The notes under the pieces were generated by a model that worked only from the letters and a program-made list of their open reading frames with translations, had not been told where the DNA came from and made no database searches. From an uncultured virus (IMG/VR IMGVR_UViG_3300024283_000012) (taxonomy: Duplodnaviria; Heunggongvirae; Uroviricota; Caudoviricetes), in the IMG/VR virus record IMGVR_UViG_3300024283_000012: 20,000 nucleotides of DNA; one strand, written 5' to 3'. Of this stretch, positions 1-6,831 are shown piece after piece (within the stretch, counting starts at the first letter, position 1; the number at the start of each line of letters is the position of its first letter). Both the position numbers and the translations under genes were made by a program.

Positions 1-598
1 GGATCTGAGCTTGGATGCTGTCACGGCCGCAACGAAGCGGTATATCCTGAACGGCAAATTCTTCCCGAAGATTGCCGAGATTCGCGAACTGTGCGCCGGT
101 TCGACTGAAGATCAGGTTCAGAACGCCTGGAACCTGCTGAACAAAGCCTACCGCAAAGCTGGTGAAATGGACTCAGTTTGTTTTCAGGATCCGGCTATGG
201 CTTACGCGCTGACCAAAACGTTCACCACCTGGACGAACTGCGCGAACGAACTTTACACCTTGTCGCCCGAGATGCTGGCATTCAAGAAAAAAGAATTCGG
301 CAAGAATTATAAACTCTACGCGATCGAACAACCGGACAGCCAGCCGCTCTATTTTCCCGGCAAGGCGGAGTCGTCGAATCGTCAGTCCGCTGGCAAATGG
401 ATGATTAAAATCGATTCATTCAAGCAGCCGGTTCATCTGGTCGGACCCGCGGACGTGGATACAGTAAATCTGAACTTCGACGGTGGTACAGGACTGCTGA
501 CTGAAGCGAGCGCCAAACGGCTTTACGCATTCCAGACGGGTATTCGCGAGATCAAGGCTGGCAACGTACAGGCGCAAATAGTCGAAACGATTCAGTAG
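1..598 (+). CDS. 5'-truncated phage replication-region protein, DUF6475-like (helicase loader/inhibitor-like N-terminus)
   Basis: Frame is open from the window edge (no stop before 11). The motif KFFPKIAEIRE followed by AW..L.KA.R..G..DSVCFQDP....W..C ..L.F.KKEF.K.Y is the pattern I recognise from DUF6475-type phage proteins. Confidence 0.6.
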   Translation, partial: DLSLDAVTAATKRYILNGKFFPKIAEIRELCAGSTEDQVQNAWNLLNKAYRKAGEMDSVCFQDPAMAYALTKTFTTWTNCANELYTLSPEMLAFKKKEFGKNYKLYAIEQPDSQPLYFPGKAESSNRQSAGKWMIKIDSFKQPVHLVGPADVDTVNLNFDGGTGLLTEASAKRLYAFQTGIREIKAGNVQAQIVETIQ

Positions 599-658
599 CA
601 CCCCTCGCACACCTGGAGCGGCTGGAGGAGGCACGGTGGAAGGTTTACGGGAGGTGAA

Positions 659-1369
659 TTGATGCGCTTCGGCTCGTTATTTTCAGGTATTGGCGGAATT
701 GATTTAGGTCTTGAACGCGCGGGTATGTCCTGTGCGTGGCAGGTGGAGATTGACGATTATGCAAACAGGGTACTTGCAAAACACTGGCCCGATATTCCCA
801 GATTTAGAGACGTGCGCGAAGTCGGAAAGCACAATCTTGAGCGAGTCGACCTTATCGCTGGCGGATTCCCCTGCCAGGACGTTTCGGTCGCAGGACTCAA
901 CGCTGGACTGTCAGGTGAGCGATCTGGCCTATGGCGGGAGTATCTCCGGATTGTTTGCGATCTACGACCCCGATTCATCATCGTGGAAAACGTTGCAGCG
1001 CTCCTTGGTCGAGGGGCAGGACGAGTACTCGCGGACCTTGCCAGCGTCGGGTACGATGCGGAATGGCAGACTATACAAGCGTCCGACGTTGGCGCACCAC
1101 ACAGTCGCGCCAGAATCTTCATTGTTGCCTACTCCGACAGCTTCAATGGGCAAACGGGGCTGGGGTCTTTCGAGAACGGGCCGCCTCAGATATTCACAGA
1201 CGGTAACAGACAACGCTTTCCGATTTGGCTACAGACCGCCGATCGGTTTATTGGAGTGGATGATGGGGTTTCCGGAAAACTATACAGAAATCGCAGCGTA
1301 GCAATTGGAAACGCAGTAGTCCCGCAAATTGCGGAATACATCGGCCGGGCAATCCTGGCAGCAGCCTAA
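659..1369 (+). CDS. DNA (cytosine-5)-methyltransferase, large (alpha-like) polypeptide
   Basis: Motif I SLFSGIGG, catalytic motif IV GGFPCQD, motif VI ENV, motif VIII R.RIFIVA and motif X GNAVVP. RBS GGAGGTG at about 650-656; the start is TTG 659 or ATG 662. Confidence 0.95.
   Translation: MMRFGSLFSGIGGIDLGLERAGMSCAWQVEIDDYANRVLAKHWPDIPRFRDVREVGKHNLERVDLIAGGFPCQDVSVAGLNAGLSGERSGLWREYLRIVCDLRPRFIIVENVAALLGRGAGRVLADLASVGYDAEWQTIQASDVGAPHSRARIFIVAYSDSFNGQTGLGSFENGPPQIFTDGNRQRFPIWLQTADRFIGVDDGVSGKLYRNRSVAIGNAVVPQIAEYIGRAILAAA
759..1301 (+). CDS. Alternative-frame ORF nested in the C5-MTase gene; putative small (beta-like) subunit carrying TRD segment and motif IX
   Basis: Frame is open 711-1301. 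ATG 759 has GGAG at 745-748. Encodes LLPTPTAS (TRD-like) and a C-terminal LLEWMMGFPENYT (motif IX-like) that is absent from the main frame. Confidence 0.7.
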   Translation: MQTGYLQNTGPIFPDLETCAKSESTILSESTLSLADSPARTFRSQDSTLDCQVSDLAYGGSISGLFAIYDPDSSSWKTLQRSLVEGQDEYSRTLPASGTMRNGRLYKRPTLAHHTVAPESSLLPTPTASMGKRGWGLSRTGRLRYSQTVTDNAFRFGYRPPIGLLEWMMGFPENYTEIAA

Positions 1370-1416
1370 CCCCTGTCCGCAATTGCGCGGGCGGTGGTCG
1401 GCGGAGGAGATGAGCG

Positions 1417-1929
1417 ATGGCAACGGTATTTCGAATGGACAATCGATTCGGTAAAACGCACAAGGAAGAGTGGTTGACTCCGCCTGAGATTATCCGCGCG
1501 CTTGGAAGATTCGACCTGGATCCCTGTGCGCCAATTATCCGGCCGTGGCCGACCGCTGATCAGCATTACACGATTGCTGACGATGGATTAAAGCAGCAAT
1601 GGACAGGCCGCGTCTGGATGAATCCACCGTTTGGCGCAAAGGCACGTGTGTGGCTAAAGAAACTTGCGGATCACGGTAACGGAATCGCTCTGATCGCTGC
1701 GAGAACAGAAACCAGAGCCTTCTACGAATCGGTCTGGATGCGCGCCGATGCTGTTCTGTTCCTGATCGGTCGACCGCATTTTCATCACGTTAACGGCGAA
1801 AGAGCATCGGCGAATAGTGGCGCTCCGATTTGCCTGGTTGCTTATGGCAAACAGAACGTTGTTGCTCTGCGTGAGTCAGGGCTTTGGGGACACTTGGACG
1901 AGTTTTCACAAGAGAACATCGTCGTGTGA
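1417..1929 (+). CDS. Phage DNA N6-adenine methyltransferase (Dam/PF05869-like)
   Basis: EW.TP, FDLDPCA, DGL.Q.W.G.VWMNPPF (NPPY/F catalytic motif) and ARTET. RBS GGAGG upstream. Confidence 0.9.
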   Translation: MATVFRMDNRFGKTHKEEWLTPPEIIRALGRFDLDPCAPIIRPWPTADQHYTIADDGLKQQWTGRVWMNPPFGAKARVWLKKLADHGNGIALIAARTETRAFYESVWMRADAVLFLIGRPHFHHVNGERASANSGAPICLVAYGKQNVVALRESGLWGHLDEFSQENIVV

Positions 1930-1974
1930 GTATAGCGCCAGCCCCTGCGCTGCGAAATGGGGTGGAGGTTGATT

Positions 1975-2265
1975 GTGGATTATGTAATTGATCAATTACC
2001 GGATTGCAGCGTCGATTACTGCGGTTCGGTCGCGGCAAAGCGGTTCTCGACCATAATGGAGAGCCACGGCGAAGTGGAGCTTTTCTATTGCGATGATCAT
2101 TTTCAAGCTTTTGAAACGAAGCTCGCGGAAGTGATCGGACTGCCGCGTGATCAGGTTAATCTTGCGATGTCGCCGTTGAATTTGGTGGCCGGCCAGATTC
2201 GCGACGTGATTGATTGGCTGGACGGCAAGGCGAAACCGCTGGCGACTGCGGAGCAAATGCGATGA
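1975..2265 (+). CDS. Hypothetical protein (possible Cys/His metal site: C..C...C / YCDDH)
   Basis: ORF 1957-2265. GGAGG at 1964-1968 favours GTG 1975. The stop overlaps the next start (ATGA). Confidence 0.6.
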   Translation: MDYVIDQLPDCSVDYCGSVAAKRFSTIMESHGEVELFYCDDHFQAFETKLAEVIGLPRDQVNLAMSPLNLVAGQIRDVIDWLDGKAKPLATAEQMR

Positions 2266-2444
2266 TCTGCCCTGAGTGCAAAAAGACTGAGGGTAAATCC
2301 CGCCTTCGCGTTACTCACACGCTGAGCCTGAATGATGGCAGTACGACCCGTCGCTACTATCGCTGCCCCGTCTGCTCGAAGAGCTTTATTACAACGGAAT
2401 CCCGGCCTGAGCGTGTTAAAAAGCGAAATCAAGAAGCCGCATAA
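2262..2444 (+). CDS. Small zinc-ribbon protein, Ogr/Delta- or NrdR-N-terminus-like; candidate late-gene transcription regulator
   Basis: MICPEC...RVTHT...TRRYYRCPVCSKSFITTE fits CxxC...RRxxxCxxC..FxTxE. ATGA coupling at 2262-2265. Confidence 0.75.
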   Translation: MICPECKKTEGKSRLRVTHTLSLNDGSTTRRYYRCPVCSKSFITTESRPERVKKRNQEAA

Positions 2445-2452
2445 AAGATTAG

Positions 2453-2499
2453 TGCTACATATAGCATACGGAAATCTTTGCAATACCACGTATAGCATA
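2453..2499. promoter_or_regulatory. Tandem imperfect 16-bp repeat, first copy palindromic; candidate operator/activator sites
   Basis: TGCTACATATAGCATA (2453-2468; TGCTA-N4-TAGCA dyad) and TACCACGTATAGCATA (2484-2499), 31 bp apart, in the gap before the holin-like gene. Confidence 0.45.
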
Positions 2500-2521
2500 G
2501 TGTGGGTTAACCTTGGCTGAA

Positions 2522-2893
2522 ATGAACAAAGACACCCAGATAAAAGCAAGCGGAGCGCTCTATTCGTTCATCCGTGCCGTGGTCTATCTGGTCTCCGCAT
2601 GGCAGCTAAAGAAATCCGGCGGTCACCCTGACGACACCGTGGTTGACTGGATGACCGGGCTGATACTGCCGGTGGCTGCACCCGTGGCCGCGTTCGTCTG
2701 GGGTCAGTACCAGTTGCATTACAGGACCGATAGCGCGGCGCTGAAGATCGACACGGCGCTGGAATTGCCCAGCGGCACAACGAATTCACAGTTGAATGCG
2801 GTGGTTGCCGTGCTGAAGCCCGAGATTGCTAAATCACCTGAGACGCCGCTGACTGTTTTAGTGGATCAGGCGTCACAAGGAATTGTCAAATAA
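2522..2893 (+). CDS. Putative phage holin (two hydrophobic segments, soluble C-terminal tail)
   Basis: SFIRAVVYLVSAW and WMTGLILPVAAPVAAFVWGQY resemble small two-TM phage holins. Start is ATG 2522 or TTG 2513. Confidence 0.55.
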   Translation: MNKDTQIKASGALYSFIRAVVYLVSAWQLKKSGGHPDDTVVDWMTGLILPVAAPVAAFVWGQYQLHYRTDSAALKIDTALELPSGTTNSQLNAVVAVLKPEIAKSPETPLTVLVDQASQGIVK

Positions 2894-2901
2894 GGAGATT
2901 T

Positions 2902-3165
2902 ATGGGCCCACAATACATTGTCGAAGAAGGCTCAACGGTTAGTTTCACGATTCAGGATGGCCCAATCAAAGAGGTCGGCGTCAACGGCTGTCAAATTGAC
3001 GACGTGGTTGAATGGGCAAAGAACAAGATCGAAGGTTTCCAGAAAGCGTATCCCTGCCGCGAAAACGCGCTGGTAATCACAAAGCTAGATGAGGCGTTAC
3101 TGTGGCTCTACAAACGCAAGGCCGACCGTGAAAAACGCGGCGTGGAAGGACAGAATAAATTATGA
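2902..3165 (+). CDS. tad1: Tad1-family (Acb2/Tad1 hairpin) anti-defence sponge protein
   Basis: F.IQ.GPIKE.GVNG...DD......I.GFQ...PCRENA..ITKLDEALLWL..R..DR..RGVEG.N matches the Tad1 core as I recall it. RBS AAGGAG. Confidence 0.8.
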   Translation: MGPQYIVEEGSTVSFTIQDGPIKEVGVNGCQIDDVVEWAKNKIEGFQKAYPCRENALVITKLDEALLWLYKRKADREKRGVEGQNKL

Positions 3166-3671
3166 AACGACTTACCCGTACCCCGCTCGTGCTCCTGCTG
3201 CTGTCGATGATGGCGATGACGGCGTGTGGACCTGGCAAACCGCCTGTTAACACAAACCCGACCGTATACGACCGGCCTGCGCAGATTCTTGGCAGCGTGA
3301 TCGATTCGACAAACGCGATTGAAGCCGTTTTAAAGAATCACCACGTCGCAAAGGTCGCCTCGATTCGTTCTGATTCAACCTTGACCAGCCAGGCGCGAAA
3401 GAAAGCACTCACAGCAGAGACTAACAGCTTTGAATCGCTGAATAATATCTACAAACGGGCGCTATCGACCGAACGCGATGCCGCAAATACGATTCAATCG
3501 CTGGCCAAGTCCGGTGGATCGCCACAAACGGCTGTCGACAAGGTGCAAATCATCGCCAATATCGTTGTCAATGAACTGCTGGGCGCCGTGAGTGATCCCG
3601 AAACGCGGCAATCTTTGACGCAGCTAAACACGCTGATTCAGCAATTGATTACGAGTTTGAAAGGAAACTAG
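3162..3671 (+). CDS. Lipoprotein with alpha-helical mature domain
   Basis: Basic N-terminus MKRLTR, hydrophobic core and lipobox MTA-C (Cys22), followed by a Pro/Gly linker. ATGA coupling to the upstream gene. Confidence 0.75.
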   Translation: MKRLTRTPLVLLLLSMMAMTACGPGKPPVNTNPTVYDRPAQILGSVIDSTNAIEAVLKNHHVAKVASIRSDSTLTSQARKKALTAETNSFESLNNIYKRALSTERDAANTIQSLAKSGGSPQTAVDKVQIIANIVVNELLGAVSDPETRQSLTQLNTLIQQLITSLKGN

Positions 3672-3788
3672 GTGTCCATTTTGTCAATCGTCGCATGGGA
3701 CGCTAAATCGCCGCGCCAATGGGAAGCGCACGGGCGCAGGATACGAGAGCGGCAAAGCGGCGGATGGATGGATGAGGAAGGTGAAGAT

Positions 3789-3992
3789 ATGTCAACAAAC
3801 ACAGTTTTAACCGACGGAATTATCATCACAACGCTTTTACTCAAGATCAAATCGCTAACCGGTCTCGGCTATGCGGAAATCCTGGCGCAGTCATTCCCGG
3901 AACTGGATGCGGGCGTGGCTGAATCGCTGGCAAATGATGCGATGATCGCAGAGGAACGGAAGTTTAATGCGGCAATTGATGACGGCGCGTAA
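3789..3992 (+). CDS. Small hypothetical protein
   Basis: ATG 3789 follows purine-rich GAGGAAGGTG; the longer ORF from GTG 3672 is also possible. Confidence 0.5.
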   Translation: MSTNTVLTDGIIITTLLLKIKSLTGLGYAEILAQSFPELDAGVAESLANDAMIAEERKFNAAIDDGA

Positions 3993-4285
3993 GATACTCG
4001 CGGTCGCATCGGAGCGCACTTCATGTCTTGAGGTGATGGGGCTAGATTTGATTAACCGCGAATTGTGGCCTGCTGTGATTGCGACCGTGGGGAGATTTTG
4101 AATGGATGTATATGGAATTTGCGGTCGCGCCCAGCGATTCTCCGCGCCTCTAACTAAGCGATATTTGAATCTGTGGCGAGACTGCGAAAAGATTGAATAA
4201 GCCAGCAAAACAGACTGGCGCAAAGCTTTCACCCTAATGGAAGCAGGTACAATGATTGCTTTATTGTTGAAAAGGTGAACGTGAG

Positions 4286-4732
4286 GTGCCTGAAAGACAA
4301 TGGGAAACCCCGGAATGGTTCAAAGATCAGGAACGCCGACATCTTTGGACCTACCAGAATATAACTGAACTTGGGGCTACGATGAGCGCTCTTGTAAAGG
4401 TTGTCGAAACAATGCGAGAGGACGTAGATGACTGTAAAGAAAAAGACAGCGACACGTCCACGAAGTTAGATATCGTTATCCAGCTCCTGAAACCCTTTAC
4501 CGATGCGCACGATCAGCAGATACAGCGCCAGATACTAACTGCTGTCACGCCCCAGGGCACAACTATTCAGCAAACCACAACGACAACCGTCACACAAAAC
4601 CCGATTGAGTGGGCGGTAAAGAATCCTTTAAAAGCGGTGATTACCGCAGGCTTTTCGATTCCAGCTATTATCTACGTCTGGAAGGCCCTTGTCTGGTTCG
4701 TGCAGCTCCTGGCGACGTATGGCAAACCGTGA
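4286..4732 (+). CDS. Coiled-coil protein with C-terminal transmembrane helix (holin/XhlA-like architecture)
   Basis: Heptad-like central region, Thr/Gln linker and hydrophobic AVITAGFSIPAIIYVWKALVWFVQLL. Confidence 0.65.
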   Translation: MPERQWETPEWFKDQERRHLWTYQNITELGATMSALVKVVETMREDVDDCKEKDSDTSTKLDIVIQLLKPFTDAHDQQIQRQILTAVTPQGTTIQQTTTTTVTQNPIEWAVKNPLKAVITAGFSIPAIIYVWKALVWFVQLLATYGKP

Positions 4733-5447
4733 ATCTATTCTGATTATCGAGGATATCGACGACACCCGCGAACTGTTCGAGGTCGGGCTACCAATGTACG
4801 GGTATAAGACGTACACGGCCCGCGATGGGCAGGAAGGCCTCGACCTTTACGAAAAGCACCGATGTCCGGTTGCGATCGTCGATGTAATGCTGCCTTCCGC
4901 TGTCACCGAAGATCTGAACGGCTACAAGGTATCTGCGAAAATCAAAGAGAAAAACCCTGACGCTATCGTAATAATCGTGACGGGTGCAACTGAGCCCGAG
5001 CAGCCAATCTCGAAGGTTCGGATCCTCGACAGCCACGCCGACATAATACTGACGAAGCCGGTCACGGTCGATCAGGTGGTAACAGAGATTCAGTACATAC
5101 AGGCAAAGCGGGACGCGATAAAGCCGCGTGTATTGCGTGCGCCATCGAATCGCCTGATGTGGATCGGCCTTGCCATCCTGTTCGGCGCCCTCGTGGTCGG
5201 TCTGTGCGGCATCTCCGCGGCGAGCTATCACTTCTATGCTGTCGAGACTGCGCGTCACGGTCAGGAAATGATGGACCTGCGACGCGATGAGGACAGGCGA
5301 TTTCTGGATCTGCAACACGCGATGGAGCGCGAAACGGATATGAAGCTCGCACAGATGCAGGGCCAGATTAATTACCTCGAACCGCGTGTCCTGACCCTGG
5401 AAAAAGAATTGTCACGTATGCACGGTGAGATAGGGAGGAAGAAGTAA
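4719..5447 (+). CDS. CheY-like receiver domain fused to a TM helix and C-terminal coiled coil
   Basis: ILIIEDIDD (acidic pocket), A.DG.EGL, VAIVDVMLP (phospho-acceptor Asp), NGY, IIVTG and ILTKP. These are followed by the TM LMWIGLAILFGALVVGLCGISAA and a coiled coil. ATG 4719 overlaps the upstream gene by 14 nt. Confidence 0.88.
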   Translation: MANRESILIIEDIDDTRELFEVGLPMYGYKTYTARDGQEGLDLYEKHRCPVAIVDVMLPSAVTEDLNGYKVSAKIKEKNPDAIVIIVTGATEPEQPISKVRILDSHADIILTKPVTVDQVVTEIQYIQAKRDAIKPRVLRAPSNRLMWIGLAILFGALVVGLCGISAASYHFYAVETARHGQEMMDLRRDEDRRFLDLQHAMERETDMKLAQMQGQINYLEPRVLTLEKELSRMHGEIGRKK

Positions 5448-5833
5448 TGGACTGCGATCAGCGTTGTCAGAAGATATTGCTCTGTATGCTTTGCGCCGCG
5501 TTTAATCTGCTCGCACAGAATACGGCACAGCGCAGGTGGAAAAGCGATCATCAAACCCTGAGCGACGATTTCAAGGCAAGGCAACTGGCGCGACTGATGA
5601 GCCTGCAAGTGATCCTGGATGAATGCTATGTGATTATCGGCGTCCAGCCCGCCCGGGCTCCGGTGACGTTGCGGGCGCTGTCCGCTCAGCTCGAATGGTT
5701 ATCGAAGCCGCGCGGGTTGGAAGAGGCAAAGCAGTGGGATCTGATCGAAAAGAGCGAACAGATTGAATCGATCTGCGATGAGAATCAGGCAGAGTATTTG
5801 GCCGAGATAAAGTATCTGCCGAAAGCCGCGTAG
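5447..5833 (+). CDS. Hypothetical protein with Cys-rich hydrophobic N-terminus
   Basis: TAATG coupling to the REC gene and RBS GGGAGG; begins MDCDQRCQKILLCMLCAAF. Confidence 0.65.
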   Translation: MDCDQRCQKILLCMLCAAFNLLAQNTAQRRWKSDHQTLSDDFKARQLARLMSLQVILDECYVIIGVQPARAPVTLRALSAQLEWLSKPRGLEEAKQWDLIEKSEQIESICDENQAEYLAEIKYLPKAA

Positions 5834-5841
5834 GTGCAAAC

Positions 5842-6213
5842 GTGCCTGAAGAATCGATCAGCCTGACGAAGTATTTTATCTCGCTGCTGCGCGAACTGGA
5901 AAAGCGCGTCTACCAGAGATTCAAGGATCTTCGGCGCGCTCTCAGGACCGATCTCGATTCTCTGAACAAACGCCTCGATGCGATGAATGAGATACGCGGG
6001 ACGTTGAAAGATCAGCAGACCCAATTTATTACCCGCGCCGAACATAACGCGCTGGCGGATCGCGTATCAAAGACTGAAGCATTCCAATCTGAGATAGGCG
6101 GCACAACAAAGGCCCAGCGCGAAGGCAAGCAGAATAATCAGTGGCTCATCGGGATAGTCATCAGCATCGTGGTCGTGGTGGTTATACAGGTGATAACGCT
6201 GCTGCGGAAATAG
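5842..6213 (+). CDS. Coiled-coil protein with C-terminal TM anchor
   Basis: Long amphipathic helix, then WLIGIVISIVVVVVIQVITLL and a basic RK end. AGGTG upstream of GTG. Confidence 0.7.
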   Translation: MPEESISLTKYFISLLRELEKRVYQRFKDLRRALRTDLDSLNKRLDAMNEIRGTLKDQQTQFITRAEHNALADRVSKTEAFQSEIGGTTKAQREGKQNNQWLIGIVISIVVVVVIQVITLLRK

Positions 6214-6414
6214 TCAGGTCTTCGCGATCGGCCCCGGTTTCTTCTCATACGCTGCCAGTTTCTCCACGTCCGCATCTGACAGGATATGCACATTGCCGAC
6301 GGTGGCGACTGGCTCAATGCCAAGCGCGCGCATCTGGCGGTAGAGTGTGTTGTATTTGCGATCTAAACGCTTAGACAGCGCTGAGAGTGTATTCTGTGGA
6401 TTTATGTCGGGCAT
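6214..6414 (-). CDS. Small helix-turn-helix DNA-binding protein
   Basis: TLSALSKRLDRKYNTLYRQMRALGI followed by a wing-like VGNVHILSDADVEKL and basic KKPGP. RBS AAGGA. Confidence 0.65.
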   Translation of the reverse strand: MPDINPQNTLSALSKRLDRKYNTLYRQMRALGIEPVATVGNVHILSDADVEKLAAYEKKPGPIAKT

Positions 6415-6417
6415 TGT

Positions 6418-6621
6418 TTATCCTTGTGTTTCTTTATCGCGGAACTTGCAGAGAATACAGGTCCGTGATTTTGCGCATCGTCCATAATAGTGATCAATTG
6501 CTTCTTTAACTTCGTCCAGTGAGCGGGCCTCAACTGAATAGCCGCGCGATCCCGAACCGGGATTTGACATCTTCAGCGTATAACCGTCCATTGTCTTTAT
6601 CGATCTGTCAATTGTCAGCAT
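6418..6621 (-). CDS. Small hypothetical protein (C-terminal HYY..C....C..C possible Zn site)
   Basis: RBS AAAGGAGA before ATG 6621; tightly packed in the leftward operon. Confidence 0.65.
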   Translation of the reverse strand: MLTIDRSIKTMDGYTLKMSNPGSGSRGYSVEARSLDEVKEAIDHYYGRCAKSRTCILCKFRDKETQG

Positions 6622-6622
6622 C

Positions 6623-6820
6623 TTAAAACATCTCCTTTGTATCAAATAAACTCAGTGTTCGCGTGTCTTTGCGCTTGCGCGCGGGCTTCGGTTGTTCGAT
6701 CAAGGATCGGCCAGCCAGCATACCGACGCGCAATAACTCTTCGGTGGGCACAAGGGAGCGCGCTGGCTCCCTATCTGTTTCGTGCTGTTCGGGCATAAGG
6801 TCGAGTGTGGCTTGTGTCAT
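6623..6820 (-). CDS. Small hypothetical protein
   Basis: RBS AAGGGAG before ATG 6820; operonic spacing. Confidence 0.65.
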   Translation of the reverse strand: MTQATLDLMPEQHETDREPARSLVPTEELLRVGMLAGRSLIEQPKPARKRKDTRTLSLFDTKEMF

Positions 6821-6831
6821 TGTGATCTCCC

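Noticed and set aside
3891..4232. Minus-strand 113-aa ORF
   Set aside because: Non-ATG start, no clear RBS, overlaps a + strand gene and has no protein-like features.
4788..5318. Long antisense ORFs over the REC gene, terL and portal
   Set aside because: Shadow ORFs opposite well-supported genes, with no motifs. This contrasts with the nested MTase frame, which carries the missing conserved motif.
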